From the NCBI GenBank assembly GCA_030593295.1, contig JAUVHO010000002.1, positions 15,379-79,378 of the forward strand: 64,000 bases of DNA, given 5' to 3'. This DNA is from Methanomassiliicoccales archaeon. GTDB taxonomy: Archaea; Thermoplasmatota; Thermoplasmata; RBG-16-68-12; SOIM01. Below the pieces are notes generated by a model. That model ran no database searches. It saw only the letters and a program-made list of their open reading frames with translations, and had not been told where the DNA came from. The position numbers and the translations under genes were made by a program. Position 1 is the stretch's first letter, and each line of letters starts with the position of its first letter. Positions 47,841 to 58,259 of this stretch are shown here, piece after piece.

Positions 47841-48424
47841 ATCCACCACAAGATTCTGAGAAGTTCTTCATCTGGTTAAAGAGTGAGAGCGAGAGATTCT
47901 GGAAAAAGACTAAGATTCATCCAGCAATATATGGATTTCAAATCCAGAAGCGTACAAAATGGAATCCTCCTTTGGATGACGTCCAGATAAGGGAATACGA
48001 AACTGAGTTGGGCTTTGGATTTCCAGAGATTTACAGGACCTTTCTGAAGCATATGAATGGTACGGATAAACCGGCTGTGAACGTCTATGGAAAGTCTGGA
48101 GAACCTTATGCATACGCTCCAGCGTACTATTCCTATCCAAGAGATCTGAAGATTGTCAAAGAAATGATTGAATGGATTTGTGAGAGCTTCAAGATAGAAG
48201 TAGCGGATATTGACGGGGAGAAGATTCCGTTCATACTGCCTGTGGTCAGCCATAGATTTCTCATAATAGACAAAGCTGGGAAAAATCCAGTGTTATCTAT
48301 GCATGGCGATGATGTCATACCTTATGCATCTTCTTTGAAGAACTTCCTCGTTGATGATATTTTCAGAAGCCATATGCAAGAAGAGAGTTTGCCGTATGTA
48401 TCAGTTGATTTTTGGTTGGAGTAA
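47831..48424 (+). CDS. SMI1/KNR4 (SUKH superfamily) protein
   Basis: LDDVQIREYETELGFGFPEIYRTFLKHMNG is the characteristic SUKH-1 N-terminal motif; overlaps the upstream gene by 10 nt. Confidence 0.6.
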   Translation: MQLNPPQDSEKFFIWLKSESERFWKKTKIHPAIYGFQIQKRTKWNPPLDDVQIREYETELGFGFPEIYRTFLKHMNGTDKPAVNVYGKSGEPYAYAPAYYSYPRDLKIVKEMIEWICESFKIEVADIDGEKIPFILPVVSHRFLIIDKAGKNPVLSMHGDDVIPYASSLKNFLVDDIFRSHMQEESLPYVSVDFWLE

Positions 48425-48525
48425 TCGGGCTGGGCTTTTTGATGGTGAGTGGCTCTAAGACGTTGCCACGGTATTGACCACGGTGATCCTTGAACAGAAA
48501 CTGGGGTTTCGCATCCTGATAGGAA

Positions 48526-48600
48526 CGGGCCCGGCGAGATTCGAACTCGCGATCTACTGCTTAGGAGGCAGCCGCCATATCCGAGCTAGGCCACGGGCCC
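48526..48600 (-). tRNA. tRNA-Arg (anticodon CCT)
   Basis: 75-nt cloverleaf on the reverse complement: GGGCCCG acceptor, anticodon loop CTCCTAA, T-arm GCGAGTTCGAATCTCGC. Confidence 0.8.
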
Positions 48601-48680
48601 ATGGTCTGAAGCCAAGACGTGTTTAAGTGAATCTTGTTATTTAACTTTCTGCCAGAAGGGATTAAATACCTCGTAAGGCA

Positions 48681-49484
48681 GTGTTTGTGCGAAAGGAGCG
48701 AGTGGGTACTTTGTGGGTCTTTGGAAGGAGCTGGGCCATTGCCGTTCTCCTGGCATTCTGTCTGCTTTCAGTCAGTATTGTCAGTGATCCTGTCCAGGGA
48801 GGTAACTCTGCAACCCACGGAGGCCTCGCTGAGAACACATTGAGGAACGATTTCTTTATCGCTGGAGCGATGCTCGCAGATATTGACCATTTCCTGCCTC
48901 CTGGGGTTCCGCAGACCGATTCCCTTGCATTCACATCCGGACTGATCGACAGGGCCAAGAACGGGACGAACAACCTCAGATACTTCGCCATGGGATGGCT
49001 TGAACATCTGGACCAGGACAACGAGTTCATTGTCTCAGTGGCCAACATTCAGGCGACATATCCGAGCTACACCGTGACCGATATCAGGCTCGCATTTGAC
49101 TACCTCACCATCACCCAGCATCCAACATATGTCAACGTCACCTTCATCAACGGCTATGCCGAGATTGTGGACGCGATCGCAGCGGGTTTTTCCAACATAT
49201 CAAGTTCACAGGTTCGAACCGCCATATGGGACTTCGTCTTCAGTGAGTCCGGACAGAATCCGGGGTTGAACGCACAGATGCAGCTGGCCCAGCTCTTTGC
49301 TGTCCTCTTCCCAGATAAGGTGGCGAACATGGCAAATGAATACGACTCGTACTATCAGAGAACAATCGCGGGTCACCAGAATCCATTTCTCGGTTACTTC
49401 TACAACAGAGTCGTAAAGAGCATGATTAACACGATGAGAAGCGGAAATCGCCCAGAACCCAGATCACTGGCCTTCAGATTGTGA
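48681..49484 (+). CDS. Secreted hypothetical protein (signal peptide)
   Basis: N-terminal hydrophobic signal; no confident family. A Zn-hydrolase-like HGG...DHF pattern is only suggestive. Confidence 0.45.
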   Translation: MFVRKERVGTLWVFGRSWAIAVLLAFCLLSVSIVSDPVQGGNSATHGGLAENTLRNDFFIAGAMLADIDHFLPPGVPQTDSLAFTSGLIDRAKNGTNNLRYFAMGWLEHLDQDNEFIVSVANIQATYPSYTVTDIRLAFDYLTITQHPTYVNVTFINGYAEIVDAIAAGFSNISSSQVRTAIWDFVFSESGQNPGLNAQMQLAQLFAVLFPDKVANMANEYDSYYQRTIAGHQNPFLGYFYNRVVKSMINTMRSGNRPEPRSLAFRL

Positions 49485-50811
49485 ACTTCTTTCCTTTCAC
49501 GGGCAGTTTGACCTTCTTTGCCATCCTCTTGAAGAGATTCGGATACTCGGTGTGTATGGGTATGACGATCTTTGGATCGATGTCCGCGATGATCGATTTG
49601 ATCTCAGACATGCTGCAGTGTCCGCTTGCATGATACTGGTGGTGATGCAGGCCGTACCTCTTCAGCCAGTTGTGTTTCACCTCGTCCTCGATATCATTCT
49701 CCTCGAACGGTTCGCTCTTCGAGTGTATGAACTCGCTGCCCCTCTTGGGCTTTATGTCCACGAACTCGTTGAAATACCAGAAGTCCAGTTGTAGTATCAG
49801 TTCTCCCTGTCTCTTGTGAATCTCGTCGCTGCCGATCCATTTCTTCTCGAAAACTCTCTCCCAAAGCGGCGGTGCCTTGGCCATTTCCCTGTGGAAGACC
49901 AGAATGTGCTTGTTCTTCATGACGTTGGGGAGCTTGATTCCTGTGTCCTTTCCCAGTGACTGAAGAAGATGGGCGGTCCTCGCAGATACGACGAACTTCC
50001 TTCCTGTCGCTTTTGCCACCTCGTAGAATGTCCTTATCCTGTCAACGTCCCTAGGGTAGAATGTTGTCACCACCAGCTTCTTTCCAGCCTTCTTCACGAT
50101 CTGTTTGCTGTGGCTCTTGACCTGGGCTTCGGTGTAGTTCTTCCTAGTCTCTTCAGGTGCGACCCGAGTGCCTTCACAGATTAAAGCGATCGGCCTCTCC
50201 TCCTTCACTCTGGCCAGGAAGTCCTCGGTGAGCTTCTTGTGGGACCCATGTTGCCTGAAATCTCCCGTGTAAACGACCGCTCCCTTCTTCGTGTGCACGA
50301 TGTAGCCGTAGGCCGCTGGAACGCTGTGGTCCACGTGTATCGGCTCCACTTCGATACCGTTGATGTCGATCCTATCTCCTGTTCTGAACGTCCGGTAGTC
50401 GTGTTCACCGAGGTTCATGGCGGAGGTCGCCTCCCAGGAGTCCTTGATTATCTTGGTGCCCTCTCCCAAGTACACGGGGATTTCCGGATGAGCGAAGGCG
50501 ATTTGCTGGCAGTGGTCAAAGTGGATGTGGCTGAGGAATATTCCGTCGAACATCGGCTTTCTGTATTTGAAGCCAGTGCGGTCGAGCATGTCCTTCGAAT
50601 ATAGACCAGGGATCTTTGGCATCAGGTCCAGCTCAAAGAAGTCTCTTAGACCGACCCTTCCAGTTCTGGCCATCAGGTAGCCGGCGAAGAATTCCTCACC
50701 GAAGCCGAAGCTCTGGCCCATGTCCAGGAATATCCTGGCCTTACCATCCTCGATAAGTGTCTTGTTCCCTCCGATCTCCCCTACTCCTCCGTACATGGTG
50801 ATGCTGACCAT
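49474..50811 (-). CDS. rnj: Beta-CASP / MBL-fold ribonuclease (archaeal RNase J-like)
   Basis: HIHFDHCQ metallo-beta-lactamase motif plus beta-CASP C-terminal region; 445 aa fits archaeal RNase J. Confidence 0.8.
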   Translation of the reverse strand: MVSITMYGGVGEIGGNKTLIEDGKARIFLDMGQSFGFGEEFFAGYLMARTGRVGLRDFFELDLMPKIPGLYSKDMLDRTGFKYRKPMFDGIFLSHIHFDHCQQIAFAHPEIPVYLGEGTKIIKDSWEATSAMNLGEHDYRTFRTGDRIDINGIEVEPIHVDHSVPAAYGYIVHTKKGAVVYTGDFRQHGSHKKLTEDFLARVKEERPIALICEGTRVAPEETRKNYTEAQVKSHSKQIVKKAGKKLVVTTFYPRDVDRIRTFYEVAKATGRKFVVSARTAHLLQSLGKDTGIKLPNVMKNKHILVFHREMAKAPPLWERVFEKKWIGSDEIHKRQGELILQLDFWYFNEFVDIKPKRGSEFIHSKSEPFEENDIEDEVKHNWLKRYGLHHHQYHASGHCSMSEIKSIIADIDPKIVIPIHTEYPNLFKRMAKKVKLPVKGKKFTI

Positions 50812-50945
50812 TCAATGCCCTCCCTGCTCCGTGCGTTTGGAATACCCGTCGTCATACTTGTTCGTTTCTGAATACCATATGCTGGCTGTATGCGGAAGAT
50901 TAAATAGTTCACTCTTGGATACCATTTATCAAGGAAGGTTAGCGC

Positions 50946-53465
50946 TTGAACGGTCTCGGTGGGCATATGAACAGGATTCTCATTCTTCTGGTACTCTTCT
51001 CACTTCTGCTGGCCAGCGGCAATTCAGGTGTCCTCAGCCCAGTTCGGAAGGACCTGGCGGTCGAAGGCGATCTTGGGCTTTCTGACCTTGCCGAAGAATC
51101 AAGGCAGGGCGTTGATCCAGTCCTTCTATCGAGATACAACTCACTCTTCGACTATTCTGACGTCATGGTAATCAGGAACCTCAACTCAGCCACATCCATG
51201 GACATCGCCGACTACTTCGTCCAGCAGAGGAACATCCCGCCGGAGAACATTTGCAACGTCTCCATCTCCTCCAACGAGGTCATTGACCGCAACACATTCA
51301 ACAACCTCATGAACCAGATAATCACCAACATGACCTTTCACGGTCTTCTGTCCAAGATCAACATCATCGTGACGACCAAAGGGGTCCCGCTGAAGATGAC
51401 CGATACCCTCTTTCAGGACCGAAGAGCATCCGTGGACACTGAGCTGGCCCTGATCAATGGAATCTACTCAGGTAATATTGCCAATAGGTTTTGGTTCGTG
51501 AACCCTTACTTCAACTCGACCGAGAGGCACTCCTTCCAGGACCACGAGCTGTACGTCGTGACAAGACTCACTGGATACACGGCCGAGGACGCCAAGGACC
51601 TCGTCGACAGGGCAACCAGAAGCATAGGCAAGAGGGGCAGGTTCGTGCTCGACATAGACCCCAGAAAGGATGGGTCCGGATACCAGGTCGGCAACGACTG
51701 GATGAGGATCGCTTACGACATTCTGACAGCAAGGGGCTTCGAGGTCTTCATGGACCTGAACAACACCTTCGTGAACAACCGGTCCGGGCTTGCCGGGTAC
51801 TCCAGCTGGGGCAGTAACGACGGCAACTGGTACATACCTGAGAACACCAACACCGGGTTCGAGACCGACGCCAACGCGGACGACATTCCAGATGGCTGGC
51901 TCAAGACCGACAATCCTGGTTTGAGCCAGGTGATAAGGACCAATGTCGAACCTGCAAGCGGAACGTGGGCGCTGCTGATGAATCGCACCCAGGCAAACCT
52001 AAACTACACCTCCATCTCACAGAATGTCAGCATCATCCCCGAGAGAAGATACGTATTTATGGGTTCGGCCAACCTGACCAACGTTAGCGCTGACAAAGGA
52101 GTTCACCTTCAGATCAAGTCGTATCATTCGAACGGGACTCTCATGAACATGTGGAACGGTAGCGCCAGAACCGGGACCACGGCCAACTATGTGGGTCTGG
52201 GCCAGATAGTGTACGAACCTCAAGCCAATGCGTCGAAACTCAATGTCTCCGCCATCTTCTCACAATCCAGTGGCATCGTTTTCCTCGACAACGTACGTCT
52301 CATCGAGATCAAACCGCACAACACCTGGGTCGATGGTGCCGTTGGAGAGACATACGTATCCACCGGAGGAAGGAGCTTCAGGTACCCGACCAGATACGGC
52401 CAGTCCCTCGTCGCCGACCTCATAAAGGACGGCATAAGCGGAATCAAGGGCTACGTGTATGAACCGTACCTGAACGCGGTGGCACACCCGAACATACTCT
52501 TTGAGAGGTACACCAAGGGCTGGGCGCTGGGAGAGAGCTTCTTCGCCGCTTCGGAGATCGGGACCAGCTGGATGGACCTGATACTCGGAGATCCCAAGGT
52601 CGCTCCGTACAATGCAAGCTTCCTGCCGGACCTGGCTGTGACGCAAGGCAACTTCACGATATCCAACGATGAGATAATGATCGGTAGCAGTGTCTCCATC
52701 TCTGCTGTCATCGAGAACCGCGGCAACTTCCCCACCGTCAACGCCACGATATCCTTCTTCATGGGAATCCCTGGCTCGGGAGGAGTCCCCTTCACGAACA
52801 TCTCAAGGACGGTTGACTATCAGAACCGGACCCGGGTCAATTTCAGTTGGGAAGCCAACGGGTTCCTGGGGAACTACGATATCTGTGTCTTCGCGGACCC
52901 TAAGGACGAGTTCATGGAGCTTGATGAACAGAATAATGTGATCTGCCAGCAGGTCCGTATTTCTGACGGCATATATCTCAACAAGGGCTGGAATCTCATC
53001 TCTCTGCCCTTCGAACCGTTCGATACGGCCCTCTCCGAGGCCCTGAAGAACATCAGCGGAATGTACGACATGGTCAGGTTCTACCATCCCTCTGACCCGG
53101 CCGACCACTGGAAGACCTACACCTCCTTCAAACCCACCGCCTTCAACGATCTGAAATGGATTGACAGGAAGATGGGCATCTGGATACACCTCTTGAACGC
53201 CACTGCTCTCAGAACGAACGGGACTTACTTCCGGTCCACCCAGATAGACCTTCTGGCAGGGTGGAACCTCATCGGTTATCCCAGTCTCAACGATATGTCC
53301 GTGGAAGACGTCTTTGCGGGGCTCCCACTCCTCAGGATAGAAGCTTTTTCGGGAGGTGCAGACCCTTATTTGCTGAAGCCTTTGGACAACAACGGCTACC
53401 TGTCACCCGGAAAAGGCTACTGGGTCAATGTGGCGGCCGATTGCACTTTGACCGTGAACGGGTAA
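50946..53465 (+). CDS. Secreted surface protein with a CARDB-like domain and a duplicated C-terminal GWNL module
   Basis: Signal peptide; CARDB-like segment (NRGNFPTVNATISFF ... EQNNVICQQV); two C-terminal copies of the GWNLI(S/G)(L/Y)P ... GYWVNV module shared with the 21545..25456 protein. Confidence 0.65.
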   Translation: MNGLGGHMNRILILLVLFSLLLASGNSGVLSPVRKDLAVEGDLGLSDLAEESRQGVDPVLLSRYNSLFDYSDVMVIRNLNSATSMDIADYFVQQRNIPPENICNVSISSNEVIDRNTFNNLMNQIITNMTFHGLLSKINIIVTTKGVPLKMTDTLFQDRRASVDTELALINGIYSGNIANRFWFVNPYFNSTERHSFQDHELYVVTRLTGYTAEDAKDLVDRATRSIGKRGRFVLDIDPRKDGSGYQVGNDWMRIAYDILTARGFEVFMDLNNTFVNNRSGLAGYSSWGSNDGNWYIPENTNTGFETDANADDIPDGWLKTDNPGLSQVIRTNVEPASGTWALLMNRTQANLNYTSISQNVSIIPERRYVFMGSANLTNVSADKGVHLQIKSYHSNGTLMNMWNGSARTGTTANYVGLGQIVYEPQANASKLNVSAIFSQSSGIVFLDNVRLIEIKPHNTWVDGAVGETYVSTGGRSFRYPTRYGQSLVADLIKDGISGIKGYVYEPYLNAVAHPNILFERYTKGWALGESFFAASEIGTSWMDLILGDPKVAPYNASFLPDLAVTQGNFTISNDEIMIGSSVSISAVIENRGNFPTVNATISFFMGIPGSGGVPFTNISRTVDYQNRTRVNFSWEANGFLGNYDICVFADPKDEFMELDEQNNVICQQVRISDGIYLNKGWNLISLPFEPFDTALSEALKNISGMYDMVRFYHPSDPADHWKTYTSFKPTAFNDLKWIDRKMGIWIHLLNATALRTNGTYFRSTQIDLLAGWNLIGYPSLNDMSVEDVFAGLPLLRIEAFSGGADPYLLKPLDNNGYLSPGKGYWVNVAADCTLTVNG

Positions 53466-54473
53466 TCAGACCTGCTTCATGTGGACTTCGACGGTTGAGT
53501 TCTCTTCTACGTCCTGCACAGTTATCCCATAGTAGTCCTGTTGGATCGAGATTATATCTATTCTGGCCCCTCTGCTGGGAAGTCTGAACTCCCTTACCAC
53601 CGTCTTGTCCGCCTCGAAGGTGAACGGGTTGCTGTTGAATTCCTTTACGCCGCGGTTCGGGTCCACGATTGACCATTTGGAGGGGTACCACATCCGCCAG
53701 TAACCCTCATCGTCAGTGACCACCTCATCGACCACATATTCGTCCCAGCTGGTCACCTTCAGGTCCGATCTCGGCAGCGAGGTGTGGATCTGGACGTATC
53801 TGTACGAGAATATGAGCCCGAACGCCGCTGGGGACGCTGACGCCGATTCGTAGGTACAGTTCCACAGGTGGAACTCTCCGCCTCCGTACTTGAAGTACAG
53901 ATCTCCCAGGGTGGAGTTCTTGGCATTCAGGTAGGTCTTCACCAACACTACACCCTGAACGTCGCTCTCAACGATGAAGTCCTTGTCATTGATCCAGGGG
54001 AAGTAGAAGGTCACCGCATGTGGATCATCTCCCCTGAGGGTCGAACCTTTCAGCTCGAAGAGGTATGGACTGACCATCATCCCCTCACCAATCGGGTCGA
54101 TGCTCTTCACGTCCTCGATGACCGAGTTCTCTATCTTCGCCGCCCCAAATACCTCGAAGTAGTAACCTTCGTCACCTGTGCTTCTTATGGTTGAGTTCTC
54201 CACAAGCAAGTAGCCCAGGACCCTTATCCCGATCGTCTTCCATCTGGAATCCATCTCTATTGTTGAGTTGCGTATCTCGAATGCGTCTCCATATTTGACT
54301 AACAAGTCGTGTTTCACGACCATCGTCACATTCTCCCACCTCCACTCCCGAGAAGGCGGGGAGTACTTCGAACTGGCCAAAAAAGCTGCGGGAGTTGTGG
54401 TCAAGAACATTGCTCCCATACTAACCGCGATAATGATTATCACGGTTGATTTTGTCACGTCACGATTTATCAT
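53466..54473 (-). CDS. Secreted protein with probable right-handed beta-helix repeats
   Basis: N-terminal TM/signal; repeated ENSTI(R/E)... and ENSVIEDV segments typical of parallel beta-helix proteins. Confidence 0.45.
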   Translation of the reverse strand: MINRDVTKSTVIIIIAVSMGAMFLTTTPAAFLASSKYSPPSREWRWENVTMVVKHDLLVKYGDAFEIRNSTIEMDSRWKTIGIRVLGYLLVENSTIRSTGDEGYYFEVFGAAKIENSVIEDVKSIDPIGEGMMVSPYLFELKGSTLRGDDPHAVTFYFPWINDKDFIVESDVQGVVLVKTYLNAKNSTLGDLYFKYGGGEFHLWNCTYESASASPAAFGLIFSYRYVQIHTSLPRSDLKVTSWDEYVVDEVVTDDEGYWRMWYPSKWSIVDPNRGVKEFNSNPFTFEADKTVVREFRLPSRGARIDIISIQQDYYGITVQDVEENSTVEVHMKQV

Positions 54474-54839
54474 GTATATTATTGTGTAACGGACTATATA
54501 ATAACTTTATGGTGCGACGTTCACTGTCAAGAATCATGGTTGAATGCCTTTTCTGATTCTCATCCTTCCTTCGGAGCGACCAGGAGATTATCCTTGCTGA
54601 GTGCTTGTATCGATACTGAGAGCCATCGAGATCCACTTCGTGGTAGCCAGGATGTCAAAACTACCACCTCTGGGATACTCCCACGATAATCTGCAGCGAA
54701 ACGCTTAATATATCGACGGACAATGTATGAATAGGGATAGGACAAGAAAGTTGGCTGGACGGTTCTCCGAACTCCCACATGGATTTGGTAATCCAGAGGT
54801 CAAGCCGATGCGATACACCGTAGGACGCCTCATCTGCAA

Positions 54840-55133
54840 TTGGGACCATACTTCTGCCCGAGAGGAGGTTACCCCATGAAGGCGGACTCAATCGTCGTGC
54901 TGGGCGCCGCAGCGGCCCTTTTCTTCCTGGGACTAATCGGATTCATAATCACGGACACCGAGGTCAGGGATGAGCTCATTCCAGGCGGGGACGAGAACAA
55001 CCCTCAGGATTACGTGGAGATTCAGTCAGAGATCCGGCCGTTCATGAAGGTGGGGGTATCCTCGATAGTGTTCGGACTGATCATCTTTCTGATATTCCTC
55101 CTGGTCGCTGTTGCCAGCAGACTCCGCAGATAG
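54840..55133 (+). CDS. Small membrane protein
   Basis: Two hydrophobic helices; the start may be the ATG near 54876. Confidence 0.3.
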   Translation: MGPYFCPRGGYPMKADSIVVLGAAAALFFLGLIGFIITDTEVRDELIPGGDENNPQDYVEIQSEIRPFMKVGVSSIVFGLIIFLIFLLVAVASRLRR

Positions 55134-55276
55134 GCCAGCCTGGTTTTTTCGTACAAGTGGGGAACATCACATCATTCCCAGCATGATAACGACCACAAAA
55201 ACCATTTAATCAGAGATATTCTTCTATCCGACCCAAAGCGAGAGTTCATAGAACGGCGACAGAGACAGGTGCGCTC

Positions 55277-56101
55277 ATGTTCAAGAGGATACTGGTGCTG
55301 GCTGACAACTACAAGCTCACGGACTTCCTTCTGAGGTTCATCCCGGAGGTCTTCCCTCATTCTGAGTACCATGTTCTGAGCGTAGCCGATCTCAGCTTCG
55401 ATTTCTTGTCCATGACCGATTACATCAAGGAGACACTGGAGGAGAGCGCCATCGAGGCCATGCTCCACTGCGCCACTGTCCTCGAGGAATCCGGGATAAC
55501 TCCCAAGAAGACGATACTCAGAGGGAACTTCCAGGCGGTCGTGGAGAAGTACGTGAGGGAGAACGGGATAGGACTGGTGGCCACCGAGCTCTACATCGAT
55601 GAGGAGAAGAAGAAGTCCCAGTTTGGCCACCACATAGAAGGTCTCTTCAAATCGGTCCCGGTACCCATCTTCGCCATGGACAGGCCGGTTGAACTCAGGA
55701 GACCCAAATCATTGTCCATCTTATACACTGGCACCCAGCACTCCGATATTGCCTTGAGACTGGGTCTCAGGTTGGCGAAGTACCTCGAGATCCCCAGCAC
55801 CGTGATGTTCTGCGGAGGTCTGCAGAGGAAGGCCATGTACCCAGGCATCGAATCCGCCGGTCAAGAAGTTGGCGTCACCATGCACATCGATACCAGCGAA
55901 TACAATTCGGTGGAGGACATAGTTAGAATGGCCAGCACCCATGACCTCTTCGTGACAAGCCGCGGAGGTCGGAGCTGGGGCGACAGGGTCGCCATGGTGT
56001 TCAAGAGACTGCCCTTGTCAAGGTTGGAGATCGAGACCATTCGGTGCGTTCCCGTCCCAATGCTCTTGGTGGGGGAGACGATGGGGGTGAGCTATGGCTA
56101 G
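55277..56101 (+). CDS. Tandem universal stress protein (UspA) domain protein
   Basis: Two USP-like halves, each starting (K/S)ILV...D and ending (V/L)PVP(I/M)L-type segments. Confidence 0.7.
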   Translation: MFKRILVLADNYKLTDFLLRFIPEVFPHSEYHVLSVADLSFDFLSMTDYIKETLEESAIEAMLHCATVLEESGITPKKTILRGNFQAVVEKYVRENGIGLVATELYIDEEKKKSQFGHHIEGLFKSVPVPIFAMDRPVELRRPKSLSILYTGTQHSDIALRLGLRLAKYLEIPSTVMFCGGLQRKAMYPGIESAGQEVGVTMHIDTSEYNSVEDIVRMASTHDLFVTSRGGRSWGDRVAMVFKRLPLSRLEIETIRCVPVPMLLVGETMGVSYG

Positions 56102-57436
56102 TCCCGAGCAGATCGTCGTTTCGGTCATCTTCGTATTCACTTTCATCCTCATCGCCACCGAGAAGCTTCACAGGACGAGCTCAGCTCTCTTCGGTGCAAC
56201 GCTCATGGTGATCGCCGGTTCGTTGATGGGTTTCTATCCGATATCTTCTTCAGGACCGAGCGAAGGTGCCTTCCAACACATCGATTTCAACACCATCGGC
56301 CTGCTGTTCGGAATGATGATTATCGTTGGGGTGCTCATGGAGACCGGGTTCTTCGAGTTCCTCGCCATCAAGATGGCCAAGATAGCCAGGGGGGACCTTT
56401 GGAAGATAATGATGATGTTCGTCCTCGTTACCGCGGTCGCCTCAGCCTTCCTGGACAATGTCACCACCATCCTGCTGATGATACCCATCACACGATCTCC
56501 ATCGCGAATACCCTGGAGATACGTCCCATGCCTCTTATCATGGCTGAGATCCTATCATCCAACATCGGCGGTGCCGCGACCGTCATCGGCGATCCGCCCA
56601 ACATCATGATAGCCAGCAATGCAGGCATTCCCTTCGTGACCTTCATACTGAACGTCGGTCCGATAATAATCATCACCATGCTCGTCGCCCTCTACCTCCT
56701 CAAATGGATGTACAAGGACGACCTCAAGCAGGTGCCCAAGCACGTAGACGTGCTGATGGAGAGGGACGAAAGGAAGGAGATCAAGAACAAGCCCCTTTTG
56801 ATCAAGTCCATGATTGTCCTGGGTGCGGTGATCATTCTGTTCTTGTTCCATCATGTGGCCGACATCCCCCTGTCGGTCATAGCATTGATGGGTGCGGTCT
56901 TCCTTCTTGTGTGGGGCAACATCCATCCGGGTGAAGCGCTCCAGCACGTTCATTGGTCCACATTGCTCTTCTTCATAGGGCTCTTCATCTTGGTCGGCGG
57001 AGTTGTCGAAGTGGGCATCATGGAGGTCCTAGCGGGTGGGCTGGAAGCCGTCACCGGCGGCAATCTCATTGGGGCCATCATCTTCATCTCGTTCGTGTCC
57101 GCATTTGGATCCACGATTGTCGATAACATCCCTTTCACCGCCACAATGATTCCTCTCATCACTGCACTGGAGGGAAGTGCCGCATTCTCTGGACAATTGT
57201 CCGGGTTTGCGATCAACCCGATGTGGTGGGCGCTGGTGATAGGCGCGTGTTTAGGAGGTAACGGCTCGCTCGTGGGAGCCTCGGCCAACTTAGTGGGCGC
57301 CGGCATCTCTGAGAAGTTCGGCCATCCGATTTCCTTCAAGGCCTTCTTCGTGAAGTCCTTCCCCTTCATGCTCATTACGTTGGTTGTTGCCACGACCCTT
57401 CTTGTGATTTCAGTCTGGCTTCAGATGATGCTCTGA
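56094..57436 (+). pseudogene. ArsB/NhaD-family anion permease interrupted by a frameshift near 56487
   Basis: ORF 56094..56609 reads ...DNVTTILLMIPIT, then leaves the frame. ORF 56399..57436 continues in another frame with ...ISIANTLEIRPMPLIMAEILSSNIGGAATVIGDPPNIMI. Between codons aca (T) and atc (I) lie two extra nucleotides (cg). Confidence 0.6.
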
Positions 57437-57664
57437 TACCTTGACTGGATGTGTGAGGAACCGAGCTTCTGCTTCATGCACATCTCAGATGAGATCTGGC
57501 AACTCCGGCATGACCCGTGAAAAAAACTTAGAAAAGTATCTGGGGGAAAAAGGTTGGAGGGGGAGAGGTGTTTCTTCCCATTGAGCCAGAAGCCCGAGGG
57601 ATCTCAAGCTTCGGAAGTCGGCTCCGTAGTTGCCTCTTCCCTTTGTTATGCCACGTTTCCCGGT

Positions 57665-58156
57665 CTAGAACTGACCGTTCGTGGGTGGCAACGGTTGTGT
57701 CGGTACAGGTGCGACGACATCCTGAATCTGGACGTATGCCAGTGCCCCACCAACTATCAGTAGGATGGCACCAACCAGCGTCACGTACATGCCGTAGTCC
57801 ATGCTGACCGTCACTAGTCCGGTATAGGTGGCGAACCCTGCAATGACTGATGTCATGGTTATGGCCAGGACCACGAAGATCATGACCAGAATACCCATTA
57901 TCAGACTTGCTATCGCGAAGCCCTTTTTAGGGATCGCAACGAACACCAGTCCGAGTATGCCCAGGATCAAGGCCGGGACGCCGAATATGAACACTCCCAG
58001 TCCAGATGCTGTTATCGAACTGTACGAGTCGCTGATGGTCACCCATGGCAACAGAGTTCCCACCAATGCGAGCATTCCACCTACTATGCCTATTGGCCTT
58101 CCGTAGTTCATTCGCTTACCTCTTGGTCCAAACCTTTGAACCGAAGATTTCGACAT
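57665..58156 (-). CDS. Integral membrane protein (4 TM)
   Basis: 163 aa, hydrophobic throughout, Pro-rich tail. Confidence 0.5.
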   Translation of the reverse strand: MSKSSVQRFGPRGKRMNYGRPIGIVGGMLALVGTLLPWVTISDSYSSITASGLGVFIFGVPALILGILGLVFVAIPKKGFAIASLIMGILVMIFVVLAITMTSVIAGFATYTGLVTVSMDYGMYVTLVGAILLIVGGALAYVQIQDVVAPVPTQPLPPTNGQF

Positions 58157-58259
58157 CGCAGGCTATAAAAGACATTCCCCTCCTATTATCAACAAAGAAA
58201 TTAACGCCCTGTGTATGTCTGGCTAGGGTGACACTGAGGGCAAAAACGGAGAACTCCGC

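Noticed and set aside
53466-54473. Pectate-lyase-like or adhesin function for the beta-helix protein
   Set aside because: Only generic beta-helix repeat periodicity is visible, with no catalytic motif, so I kept it as a structural-fold call.
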